Below are positions 8,987 through 17,707 of a stretch of DNA of 64,000 bases, piece after piece (positions within the stretch are counted from its first letter, which is position 1; each line of letters begins with the position of its first letter). The position numbers and the translations under genes are program-made. Below the pieces are notes generated by a model. The model worked only from the letters and a program-made list of their open reading frames with translations, was not told where the DNA came from and did no database searches. Location of the stretch: positions 27,636-91,635 of the forward strand of contig JBAXXL010000007.1 of assembly GCA_037127915.1 (NCBI GenBank), read 5' to 3'. The stretch comes from a bacterium. Its GTDB lineage: Bacteria; Bacteroidota; Ignavibacteria; Kapaibacteriales; UBA2268.

Positions 8987-10999
8987 TTAGTCCACAATAC
9001 AACGAACTGAAAAACCATATTCTTTAAAACCATAAACTCTATAACCATAAGCACTACTGCAGGTTAAATATCTTTGCCATCCATAAGGTTCAGAACTAGA
9101 TGTAGCTGTCCATAAATCAGCGTCATTTCTAACTCCACTAAATCGTCCGTCATTATACCGGAAGCCTCCGGGTAAAATAGATAAACCACTCGAATTTGTT
9201 GCTCCGGTATTTGGACTATTCCATAAGCTAGTACCGGTACTCTTCATTTTGGCACCTGCGACAACCAAGCCACCAAGAAAATTTTCAAGTTTACTCCATT
9301 CTTCATCGCTTGCCAGATGGTATCCATCTGGTGCCAAACCACGGGAATCGTTGAGGGCGTACCAATTATAAAGCTTACCATACACATCACCCATTGCCGG
9401 ATCGTTGTTGTAATAACACCAAGCACCCGTTTTTAGATTTTTCCATTCAGTTGGGTCTTTTACTTCGGGAATTGGATCGCCATTTCTATAAGTATCGACA
9501 TTTAAATTACAACCCATCCACGTTTGATTACCTATTGCAACATCGGGACAAGGTGGTATATAAGGCGAATTTGCGGTTATTCTGGCTAAGCATTGATTAC
9601 TTGGAGTCTTTGGTACCCGCCATAAGTAATTTAGTCCCTTCGATGATTTTGAAAGAAGTATCCAGTCCGCACCATTATTTGTACTGTATTCAAGTCTTAC
9701 ATCTTCCTCCGGCAAAACACCTTCCCAAGATATTAGAGTATCTGATCCAACAGCTAATACTTCACCACCGTTAGGTTGTAGAAGTTTTAAAGTTTGTATT
9801 TTTGGCTTTATACCAGGGAATCCACCGCTCGCATAAAAATAAGTTGGACATTGATTATTTTCAAGTGTGAATTTGCAGTAAGTATAACCGCTATCTGCCG
9901 GAACATAACTTACTATAAGATTAGTACTTTGTCCATTTTCAAGGATAAAGCTTGATGGGGCGATTGTAAATGAAGGACTTGTAGATATAATATTAGTTAT
10001 ATTAAAATCTGAATTTATGGCTTTGACAGTAATTGTCGCGTCTTTTTTTATTCCGGGAATTGCGTTTAAAAATTTTACTGAAGCAGGATTAATTTCCAGA
10101 TTAGCTATTGAATTTACTGGTGGTTGGTAATAGTTAAATGCTGTTAGATTTAATGGTATAAGCTTAAAATTCAGATTAGTCAAACCGGTTTTACAGGATA
10201 CTCCGCTCTTCCATACAATTTGACATGGACTTTCAACTTGGGCGGTCTTTAAAATAACACGGTAACATTGTTCAGCTTCTTCCTTGGTTTTTATATTTTC
10301 GAAATACATACCACCCGTTTGCGATGCAAAATCCTTCATACATTGGGGTGCCGGCATATTTAAAGTAACACAATAAATAGCAATATTGTTAGCCTTAGCC
10401 TCGCTAATTATTTCAGCTGTTTTTGGCTCGGAAGTAGGATCTCCATCAGATAGAAAAACGACAACTCTTTTATGCTTGCCTGTTTTTGCAATTAGAAGCC
10501 CACCACCGACATGGTCTATCATTGCGGCATTGTAGTTTGTACCACCAAAAGTAGTCAAATTATTAATAACAGCAATTAAATTAGGTTTATCTTTAGTAAA
10601 ATCTTGATTAATATAATTATTATCGCTGAAACTTGTTATAGCGCATTCTGAATTATTATCGGGTAGCATATTAATCCATTCAATAGCCGCAGATTTAGCC
10701 ATATCAAGACCAAATCCTTGCATTGAACCGGATATATCGATGACCAATACGCTGGATAATACTTCGGGAATTCTCGGGCTTGAACAAATCACATCTGTAA
10801 TTGTTCTTGCTTGTCCATTTTCCTTCACTTCAAAATCTGAAGGAGTGAGGTTTATAATTTGATTTCCAGTGGCATCCAAAGCATAAAAATTTGCCTTGAT
10901 GGTCGGAAATGCTGACGCATCAACATTAAACATAGATAAACTCTGGCTATATGCTGTATAACCAAATAATAAAAAGAGTATATAAATTGTTTTCTTCAT
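8987..10999 (-). CDS. Array paralog 4 (VWA subtype A): same architecture, C-terminal FISUMP domain
   Basis: 670-aa ORF, MKKTIYILFLLFGYTAYSQ signal peptide, VLVIDISGSM...VVVFLSDGDPTSEP VWA/MIDAS, ending GFSVRCIVD. Confidence 0.85.
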   Translation of the reverse strand: MKKTIYILFLLFGYTAYSQSLSMFNVDASAFPTIKANFYALDATGNQIINLTPSDFEVKENGQARTITDVICSSPRIPEVLSSVLVIDISGSMQGFGLDMAKSAAIEWINMLPDNNSECAITSFSDNNYINQDFTKDKPNLIAVINNLTTFGGTNYNAAMIDHVGGGLLIAKTGKHKRVVVFLSDGDPTSEPKTAEIISEAKANNIAIYCVTLNMPAPQCMKDFASQTGGMYFENIKTKEEAEQCYRVILKTAQVESPCQIVWKSGVSCKTGLTNLNFKLIPLNLTAFNYYQPPVNSIANLEINPASVKFLNAIPGIKKDATITVKAINSDFNITNIISTSPSFTIAPSSFILENGQSTNLIVSYVPADSGYTYCKFTLENNQCPTYFYASGGFPGIKPKIQTLKLLQPNGGEVLAVGSDTLISWEGVLPEEDVRLEYSTNNGADWILLSKSSKGLNYLWRVPKTPSNQCLARITANSPYIPPCPDVAIGNQTWMGCNLNVDTYRNGDPIPEVKDPTEWKNLKTGAWCYYNNDPAMGDVYGKLYNWYALNDSRGLAPDGYHLASDEEWSKLENFLGGLVVAGAKMKSTGTSLWNSPNTGATNSSGLSILPGGFRYNDGRFSGVRNDADLWTATSSSEPYGWQRYLTCSSAYGYRVYGFKEYGFSVRCIVD

Positions 11000-11212
11000 A
11001 AGATTTCTTTCAATTTCTTTTTAACTTATTGCTTATTTTCTTTTTTTACTCATCCGATGAGTTGATATTTCTTTGCTTATTTATTTCGGCTAAAGCCGAT
11101 TAAAACTTTCAATAATTTTCCACGACTTAAAAGTCGTGGCTACTAATAATTTTAAATTTTCTTCTTATCTTCTTATCTTCTTCTCTTTATGAACTTTCCG
11201 AACTTTATGAAC
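11000..11212 (-). repeat. Conserved inter-paralog spacer, copy 4 (hairpins at 11087..11100 and 11120..11139, plus an ACTCATCCGATGAGT palindrome at 11048..11062)
   Basis: Contains all three conserved hairpin/palindrome elements. Confidence 0.8.
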
Positions 11213-13288
11213 TTATTTCATCCTTATGCAACGTACTGAAAATCCATTCTCATAATAATGAGTACTTCTGCCAATAATAGATGCGTCAGTACCTATTCTC
11301 CTATAATATGCGGTTTTGGAACCAAAATCAGTAGATGTCCAAAAGTAGGCATCGACGCCGATGTTTAGAAAATCGCTGACGTGGTACCGGTAACCTCCGG
11401 GAACAGCAGCAAAACCGGTTTCATTTGTTGCACCGTTGTTTGGACTAAACCACAAACCATCACCCGTTTCTATAGTACCCATACTTTTCAATTTTCCTCC
11501 GGCAATATCTTTCCCGCCAATACAGTTTTCTAATTCGGTCCATTCTTCATCGCTCGGTACATACCAGCCTGCAGGAGCTAAACCCCGTGGATCGTTTACT
11601 GCATACCAATTGTATAGTTTTCCGTAAATTTCTCCATTTTTTGGATCATTATTATAATAGCACCAAGCTCCCGTTGTTAAGGCTCGCCATTCTAAAGGGT
11701 CAGAAACTTGAGGAATTGGATCGCCATTGCGGTAATGAGCAACATTAAGATTACAACCCATCCAAAATTGATTACATATTAGCACATCACTGTTATCACA
11801 ACTGATTTCAGTTGTAGCATTAGCAGTAATTCTTGCTAAGCATTGTGTACTTGGTGTTTTCGGTATCCTCCACTTATAAAAAAAATCTGTTCCTGAATCG
11901 GTGATTGTAGTCCATTTCAAACCATTATTAGTGCTATATTCAATTTTCACAGGGTCATCGGGCATAACACCTTCCCAAGTTATTAGAGAATCTGCACCTA
12001 CTGAAAACACTTCACCGCCGTTGGGTTCCATCAAATTTATAGTTTTTGTTTTGGGCTTTTTTCCCTTAAACCCTCCACTTACGTACAATTTCGATAAACA
12101 TTTATCGCTTTCGAATGTTATAACATTAAACTCATAACTGCTGTCTGCTGGAAGATAATAAATCTTTAGATTTCTCCTTTGGCCTTTAGCTAGAAAAAAA
12201 CTCTGAGGAATTACAGAAAAATCAGGATTTGAACAGGTTACGTTAGTTACTGTAAAATCGGTATTATTTGCGAATACCGAAACCGTTGAATCTACTTTGA
12301 TTCCGGGGGTTGGATTTAAAAATACAACAACCGGTGGATTAATTACTAATGCGGCACCGGACCTAATAGGTGCTTCGTATCTAGTTTGAGCTGTTAATGC
12401 ATGCTTACTATCAGTAATTTCGACATTTGTCCAATCTCCTTTACAAAATATTCCACTTTCCCACTCGATTTCACAGAATTTGCCATCTTGAATAATGGTT
12501 TGTAAACGTTTTGCTAAAGCCGTTGCGGCTCCTGCACTCGTAATACCGTCAAATAATAACCCGCCTGTTGCATCGGCTAATGTTTGCAACGATCTTTTTA
12601 TTCCATTTTTATCAGTTTCGGGACTAGAATAAACTACTGCATAAAACTTAATCTTATTAGCTACACAAATATCTTTACAGGTTTCAATCTCACTTTGAGT
12701 TAAGCCAATCCACCCGGCATCGGTGAATAGTACTACATTATGTGTGTAGATTCCTCTTTTTATGATATTTAACAATCCGGTTAAGGGGTTTAGCAGTTGT
12801 TCAACAAAATCATTTTCATTAGAAGTACTAATTGTTTCAATTGCTGAAAGATATTTTGCATTATCAGTAGTGAAATCTTGAACTATCAAAGCTTTTGAAT
12901 TACAAATTTGTAATGCAAATTCGGAAGGCGGCATGATTATGCTGTTAGCTAGTTCTTTTGCTGTGATTTTTGCTAGATCAAAAGGTATATAACCATGCTC
13001 ATCATAAGACATGGAACTTGAAACATCGATACTTATTGCGACCGATACAGCATTAAGAGTATTTTCATTCGAACAATCTACATTAGTAGGCGTCCTAGGG
13101 AATCCGTTTTCGGTTATTTTGAAATCACTAACTGAAAAATTTGTTATAGGATCGCCATTAGAATCAAAGGCAATAAAATTAGCTTTAATTGTCGGAAATG
13201 CCGAAGCATCAACATTAAATACTGATAAACTCTGGCTATATGCTGTATAACCAAATACAAAAAAAAGTATGTAAATCAATTTTCTCAT
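11213..13288 (-). CDS. Array paralog 5 (VWA subtype B variant): same architecture, C-terminal FISUMP domain. The likely true start is the internal Met (MRKLIYILFFVFGYTAYSQ) at 13288, not the 13351 start of the longest ORF
   Basis: The ORF track gives 11213..13351 (712 aa), but the first 21 residues (MFKLKKNDNLVIGKKRNWKSS) precede the conserved signal peptide shared by all paralogs. The ATG at 13286-13288 restores the family N-terminus. VAISIDVSSSM MIDAS-like; ends GFSVRCIRMK. Confidence 0.8.
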   Translation of the reverse strand: MRKLIYILFFVFGYTAYSQSLSVFNVDASAFPTIKANFIAFDSNGDPITNFSVSDFKITENGFPRTPTNVDCSNENTLNAVSVAISIDVSSSMSYDEHGYIPFDLAKITAKELANSIIMPPSEFALQICNSKALIVQDFTTDNAKYLSAIETISTSNENDFVEQLLNPLTGLLNIIKRGIYTHNVVLFTDAGWIGLTQSEIETCKDICVANKIKFYAVVYSSPETDKNGIKRSLQTLADATGGLLFDGITSAGAATALAKRLQTIIQDGKFCEIEWESGIFCKGDWTNVEITDSKHALTAQTRYEAPIRSGAALVINPPVVVFLNPTPGIKVDSTVSVFANNTDFTVTNVTCSNPDFSVIPQSFFLAKGQRRNLKIYYLPADSSYEFNVITFESDKCLSKLYVSGGFKGKKPKTKTINLMEPNGGEVFSVGADSLITWEGVMPDDPVKIEYSTNNGLKWTTITDSGTDFFYKWRIPKTPSTQCLARITANATTEISCDNSDVLICNQFWMGCNLNVAHYRNGDPIPQVSDPLEWRALTTGAWCYYNNDPKNGEIYGKLYNWYAVNDPRGLAPAGWYVPSDEEWTELENCIGGKDIAGGKLKSMGTIETGDGLWFSPNNGATNETGFAAVPGGYRYHVSDFLNIGVDAYFWTSTDFGSKTAYYRRIGTDASIIGRSTHYYENGFSVRCIRMK

Positions 13289-13422
13289 AGAACTTTTCCA
13301 ATTTCTTTTTTTTCCTATAACTAAATTATCATTTTTTTTTAGTTTAAACAAATATTATTTCTAATTTCTTTTTCTTCCTACTTTATGAACTTTACGAACC
13401 TGATAAACTTTATAAACTATGT

Positions 13423-15456
13423 TTAATCTTTTACGCATCGTACTGAAAAACCATTGTCCTTACCGCTAGACCCTTTGCCAATAACTGTGTTTGTTGACGA
13501 TAGATTCCTAAACCAAGCTCGTGTAGCATTAAAATTGGAAGAACTCCACCAATAACCAGCAATCTCAAAACGGTCGAAAACTCCATAATTAAATCTATAA
13601 CCTCCTGGCTGAGCAGAAAATCCGCTTTCATCAGTTCCTCCATCATTGGGGCTTCGCCATAAACCATCATAGTTCTCAATTGTACCTGAAATTTTTAATT
13701 TTCCGCCTGCTAAATCGGCACCTCCTAAGCATTTTTCTAATTCTGCCCATTCAGCATCCGAAGGGATATGCCAACCTTTGGGAGCTAATCCACGCGGATC
13801 ATTCACAGCATACCAATTGTATAATTTTCCATAGACCTTCCCCATCGCCGGGAAATTATTATAATAACACCAAGCACCGGTTGTAAGGTTAGCCCACACA
13901 GTTGGGTCGGTAACCTCGGGTATAGGGTCGCCATTACGGTAGGTATCCACGTCAAGATTACAACCCATCCAAACTTGATTACAAATAAGTACATTCCCAT
14001 TATCACAGCCGAATATCGAATTTGTATTTGCTGTTACTCTTGCCAAACACTTATTACTTATAGTATTGGGTACCCGCCATTTGTAGTTTAACCCGCTCGC
14101 GGTATCTGCTATGAGAATCCAATTCGCGCCATTATTAGTACTGTAATCAATACTGACTTTATCTGTTGGTAGAATACCATCCCAAGTTATCAAAGTATCG
14201 GAACCAACCGGAAATGCTTCTCCACCATTTGGTTTAATTAGCTCAATTGATTTTGATGCCGGTTTCTTTCCAGGGAAGCCACCGCTCACAAAATAATTAG
14301 TAGGGCACTTATTATTTTCAAAAGTATATTTAGCATACGAATAGCTACTGTCAGATGGTAAAAAGCTAACCGTCAAATCCAGGCTTTCTCCTGAATTAAG
14401 CTTAAATTTGGTTGGAGTTATAGTAAAATCAGGATTTGAACTTGTAATATTGGTAAGATTGAAATCTGCGTTTATGGCAGTTGCGGTTACCAATGTATCT
14501 TTCTTAATTCCCGGAATAGCTTTTGAAAATTTTACATTAGGCGGTGTGAACTCGATTCGGGCTAAACCACTATTTGGTAATATATAATTAGTTTTGGCAC
14601 TTATGTTATTTTGGACAAGATTAATTTCAACATTTCTTATTTCCGCTTTACAAGAAACTTCGCTCAACCATTCAATTTGACAGGGTTCGCCGCCTTGTGC
14701 ATTGTATAATATTTTTCGGTAATAATCTTCGGCTTCTTCCTTGTTTTTGACGTTTTCAAAATATAATCCTCCTGTTTGATTTGAAAAATCCTTCATACAT
14801 TGAGGAGCGGGCATATTTATTGAAATACAGTATATAGTGATATCATTGGCATTGGCTTCACTGATTATTTTGAAAGTTTGCGGTTCAGTACTTGGATCAC
14901 CGTCAGACAGAAATACAATAACTCGTTTGTATTTTCCAGTCTTTGCAATTAATATTCCTCCTGCTTCCGGGTCTATCAATGCCGCATTATATTTAGTTCC
15001 TTTCTTGATTGTTAAACTATTAATTCCATTAATTAACTTCGATTTTTTTGTTGTGAAATCCTGATTAAGATAATTAATCTCACTGAAACTAGTAATTGCA
15101 CATTCGGATTTACCCAATGTTATCAAATCTATCCAAGCATAAGCCGCCGCTTTGGCGATATTAAGACCATATTCTGCCATTGAACCTGATACATCCATTA
15201 CTAAAACGGATGATAATGGAATAGGCGGTGTAGGATTTGGACAATTTACACCTGTAACAATTCGCGATTGCCCATTTTCAGTTACGCTAAAATCAATTGG
15301 TAATAAGTTTGTAATTTCATTCCCTGCGGCATCAAATACAAAGAAATCAGCTTTAATTGTTGGAAATGACGAAGTATCAACATTATATACTAAAATACTC
15401 TGGCTATACGCTGTATAACCTAATAAAAATAATACTATGTAAATTGTTTTTCTCAT
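13423..15456 (-). CDS. Array paralog 6 (VWA subtype A): same architecture, C-terminal FISUMP domain
   Basis: 677 aa, MRKTIYIVLFLLGYTAYSQ, VLVMDVSGSM...VIVFLSDGDPSTEP, ends GFSVRCVKD. Confidence 0.85.
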   Translation of the reverse strand: MRKTIYIVLFLLGYTAYSQSILVYNVDTSSFPTIKADFFVFDAAGNEITNLLPIDFSVTENGQSRIVTGVNCPNPTPPIPLSSVLVMDVSGSMAEYGLNIAKAAAYAWIDLITLGKSECAITSFSEINYLNQDFTTKKSKLINGINSLTIKKGTKYNAALIDPEAGGILIAKTGKYKRVIVFLSDGDPSTEPQTFKIISEANANDITIYCISINMPAPQCMKDFSNQTGGLYFENVKNKEEAEDYYRKILYNAQGGEPCQIEWLSEVSCKAEIRNVEINLVQNNISAKTNYILPNSGLARIEFTPPNVKFSKAIPGIKKDTLVTATAINADFNLTNITSSNPDFTITPTKFKLNSGESLDLTVSFLPSDSSYSYAKYTFENNKCPTNYFVSGGFPGKKPASKSIELIKPNGGEAFPVGSDTLITWDGILPTDKVSIDYSTNNGANWILIADTASGLNYKWRVPNTISNKCLARVTANTNSIFGCDNGNVLICNQVWMGCNLDVDTYRNGDPIPEVTDPTVWANLTTGAWCYYNNFPAMGKVYGKLYNWYAVNDPRGLAPKGWHIPSDAEWAELEKCLGGADLAGGKLKISGTIENYDGLWRSPNDGGTDESGFSAQPGGYRFNYGVFDRFEIAGYWWSSSNFNATRAWFRNLSSTNTVIGKGSSGKDNGFSVRCVKD

Positions 15457-15491
15457 AAAAATCTATTCTAATTTCTTATTTCTCATTTTTT

Positions 15492-15527
15492 TTCTTCTCT
15501 TCTTCTCTTCTTCTCTTCTTCTCTTCA
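15492..15527. repeat. Microsatellite (TTCTTCTC) about 4.5 units, immediately followed by (AACTTTATGA)-type 9-10 bp tandem repeats to 15575
   Basis: Direct reading: ttcttctcttcttctcttcttctcttcttctcttc then aactttatgaactttatgaactttacaaactctataaac. Confidence 0.8.
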
Positions 15528-15578
15528 TCTTTACTAACTTTATGAACTTTATGAACTTTACAAACTCTATAAACTCAT

Positions 15579-17612
15579 TTAGTCTTTAATGCACCTGACC
15601 GAAAATCCATTTTCTTTTTTACTATAGCTCCTCGTGACGCTCGTAGTGGTATATGACATACCTCTTAACCAAGCATTTGCTTTATCATACTCCGATGAGC
15701 TCCACCAATAACCACTACTGCCAAGGTTATCGAAAGCCCCGTAAGCAAAGCGGTACCCGCCGGGTAATGCTGAAAAACCGAACTCGTCAGTAGCTTCGGT
15801 ATTTGGATTATACCATAATCCATCTCCATTTTCTATTGACCCTGTACTTTTTAGTTTCGCCCCCGCAATCGTTACACCGCCAAGACAGAATTCCAAATCT
15901 CGCCAATCCGTATCACTCGATATATGCCAACCTTGAGGAGCTAAGCCCCGTGGGTCGTGAACAGCATACCAATTGTACAACTTACCATATTTTGCTTCCA
16001 TTCCAGGGTCGTTGTTATAATAACACCAAGCACCGGTTTTCAAATTTATCCAATCAGTAGGGTCTTGTACTTCAGGAATTGGATCGCCATTGCGATAGTG
16101 ATCCACATTAAGATTGCACCCCATCCAAATCTGCGAACATATTCGTATTTCGCTATTTTGGCAATCGTAAATTGAAGAAGTCTTGGCTGTTACCCTAGCC
16201 AAACATTTATTACTCGGAGTTTTAGGTACCCGCCATTTATGAATTAACCCCTTTGCAGTATCCGATATTTGTAACCAATTTAAACCATTATTAGTGCTAT
16301 ATTCTAATTGCACTTCCTCATCCGACATTATTCCTTCCCAAGTTATCACAGTATCGCTTCCTACCGCGAATACTTCACCGCCATTGGGGCTTATTAGTTT
16401 TAACGTTTGTGTTTTTGGTTTCTTACCCGGAAAACCACCACTTGCATAATACTTTGTCGGGCATATATCATTCTCGAAAGTGAATTTTGTATAAGTATAA
16501 CCACTATCTACGGGTAGATAACTTATAGTTAACACTTTGCTTTGACCTGCATTTAAAATAAAACTTGTTGGATTCATTGTAAAAGCCGGATTGGAACTGA
16601 TAACATCAGTTATATTAAAATCAGCATTTACTGCTTTGATGGTTATGGATGAGTCTTTAGGAATTCCGGGTATAGTTTTTAATAACTTGATCGACATTGG
16701 GTCAAATTCTAATTGCGCAATCGCACTATTTGGTGATTGGTAGCTGGCGTTTGCAGTTGTATTATTTGCTATCAGTTTTAATGCTACATCCGTTATACCG
16801 GATTCACAGGAAATTCCGCTTTCCCAACCAATTTGGCAAGGATCTCCACCTTGTGCAGTAATTAATATTTCTCTATAACACCCTTCGGCTTCTTCATTTG
16901 TTCTAATATTCTCAAAAAACAATCCTCCCGTTTTATTAGAAAATTCCTTCATACATTGAGGAGCCGACATTCTGATTGCAATACAGTATATTGTTATATC
17001 ATTGGCAATTGCAGTACTAATAATCTTTGCTGTATCAGGCTCAAAATTGGGTTCCCCGTCTGAAAGCAAAAGGATGACCCTTTTGTATTTACCCCTATTG
17101 GCAACCAAAATACCGCCTGACATAGCATCTAACATTGCGGCATTATAGTTTGTTCCCTGCATGCAGGTTAAACTATTAATCCCATTCTTCAACTTTGATT
17201 TATCAACTGTGAAATCCTGATTGAGATAATTCGCATCACTGAAACTTGTTATAGCACATTCAGAATTCCCGGCTGGAAGCATATCAACCCAAACATTAGC
17301 CGCCGCTTTGGCAATGTCAAGACCTTTGCCGCTCATAGAACCCGATACATCCATAACTAAAACAGAGGATATTATAATCGGTGGTTTTATCTCAGGACAG
17401 CTCACAAAAGTTATTTTTCTAGGCTGTCCGTTTTCAGTTAATTCAAAATCATTTGGTAATAAGTTTGTCAATTGACTACCCTTTAGATCGAAGGCAAAAA
17501 AGTTCGCCTTGACATTCGGGAATCCCCCAGCATCGACATTGGAAATAGATAAGCTCTGGCTATATGCGGTATAGCTTAATAAAAAGAATACTATGTAAAT
17601 TATTTTTCTCAT
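15579..17612 (-). CDS. Array paralog 7 (VWA subtype A): same architecture, C-terminal FISUMP domain
   Basis: 677 aa, MRKIIYIVFFLLSYTAYSQ, VLVMDVSGSM...VILLLSDGEPNFEP, ends GFSVRCIKD. Confidence 0.85.
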   Translation of the reverse strand: MRKIIYIVFFLLSYTAYSQSLSISNVDAGGFPNVKANFFAFDLKGSQLTNLLPNDFELTENGQPRKITFVSCPEIKPPIIISSVLVMDVSGSMSGKGLDIAKAAANVWVDMLPAGNSECAITSFSDANYLNQDFTVDKSKLKNGINSLTCMQGTNYNAAMLDAMSGGILVANRGKYKRVILLLSDGEPNFEPDTAKIISTAIANDITIYCIAIRMSAPQCMKEFSNKTGGLFFENIRTNEEAEGCYREILITAQGGDPCQIGWESGISCESGITDVALKLIANNTTANASYQSPNSAIAQLEFDPMSIKLLKTIPGIPKDSSITIKAVNADFNITDVISSNPAFTMNPTSFILNAGQSKVLTISYLPVDSGYTYTKFTFENDICPTKYYASGGFPGKKPKTQTLKLISPNGGEVFAVGSDTVITWEGIMSDEEVQLEYSTNNGLNWLQISDTAKGLIHKWRVPKTPSNKCLARVTAKTSSIYDCQNSEIRICSQIWMGCNLNVDHYRNGDPIPEVQDPTDWINLKTGAWCYYNNDPGMEAKYGKLYNWYAVHDPRGLAPQGWHISSDTDWRDLEFCLGGVTIAGAKLKSTGSIENGDGLWYNPNTEATDEFGFSALPGGYRFAYGAFDNLGSSGYWWSSSEYDKANAWLRGMSYTTTSVTRSYSKKENGFSVRCIKD

Positions 17613-17666
17613 AAGATTTTTCTTAATGCACTTTTCTAATTTCTTTTAAATTTTATACTATGTTTT

Positions 17667-17699
17667 ACTCATCGGATGACTCGAAGTCATCGGATGAGT
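17667..17699. promoter_or_regulatory. Palindromic element ACTCATCGGATGACT-cga-AGTCATCGGATGAGT upstream of paralog 7
   Basis: 15-bp arms, one mismatch; 55-87 nt upstream of the 17612 start codon. Confidence 0.5.
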
Positions 17700-17707
17700 T
17701 TAAAGAT

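Noticed and set aside
11213-13351. Longest-ORF start of paralog 5 at 13351 (712 aa, with a 21-aa N-terminal extension)
   Set aside because: The extension precedes the signal peptide conserved in all paralogs and would bury it. The internal ATG at 13288 restores the family N-terminus.
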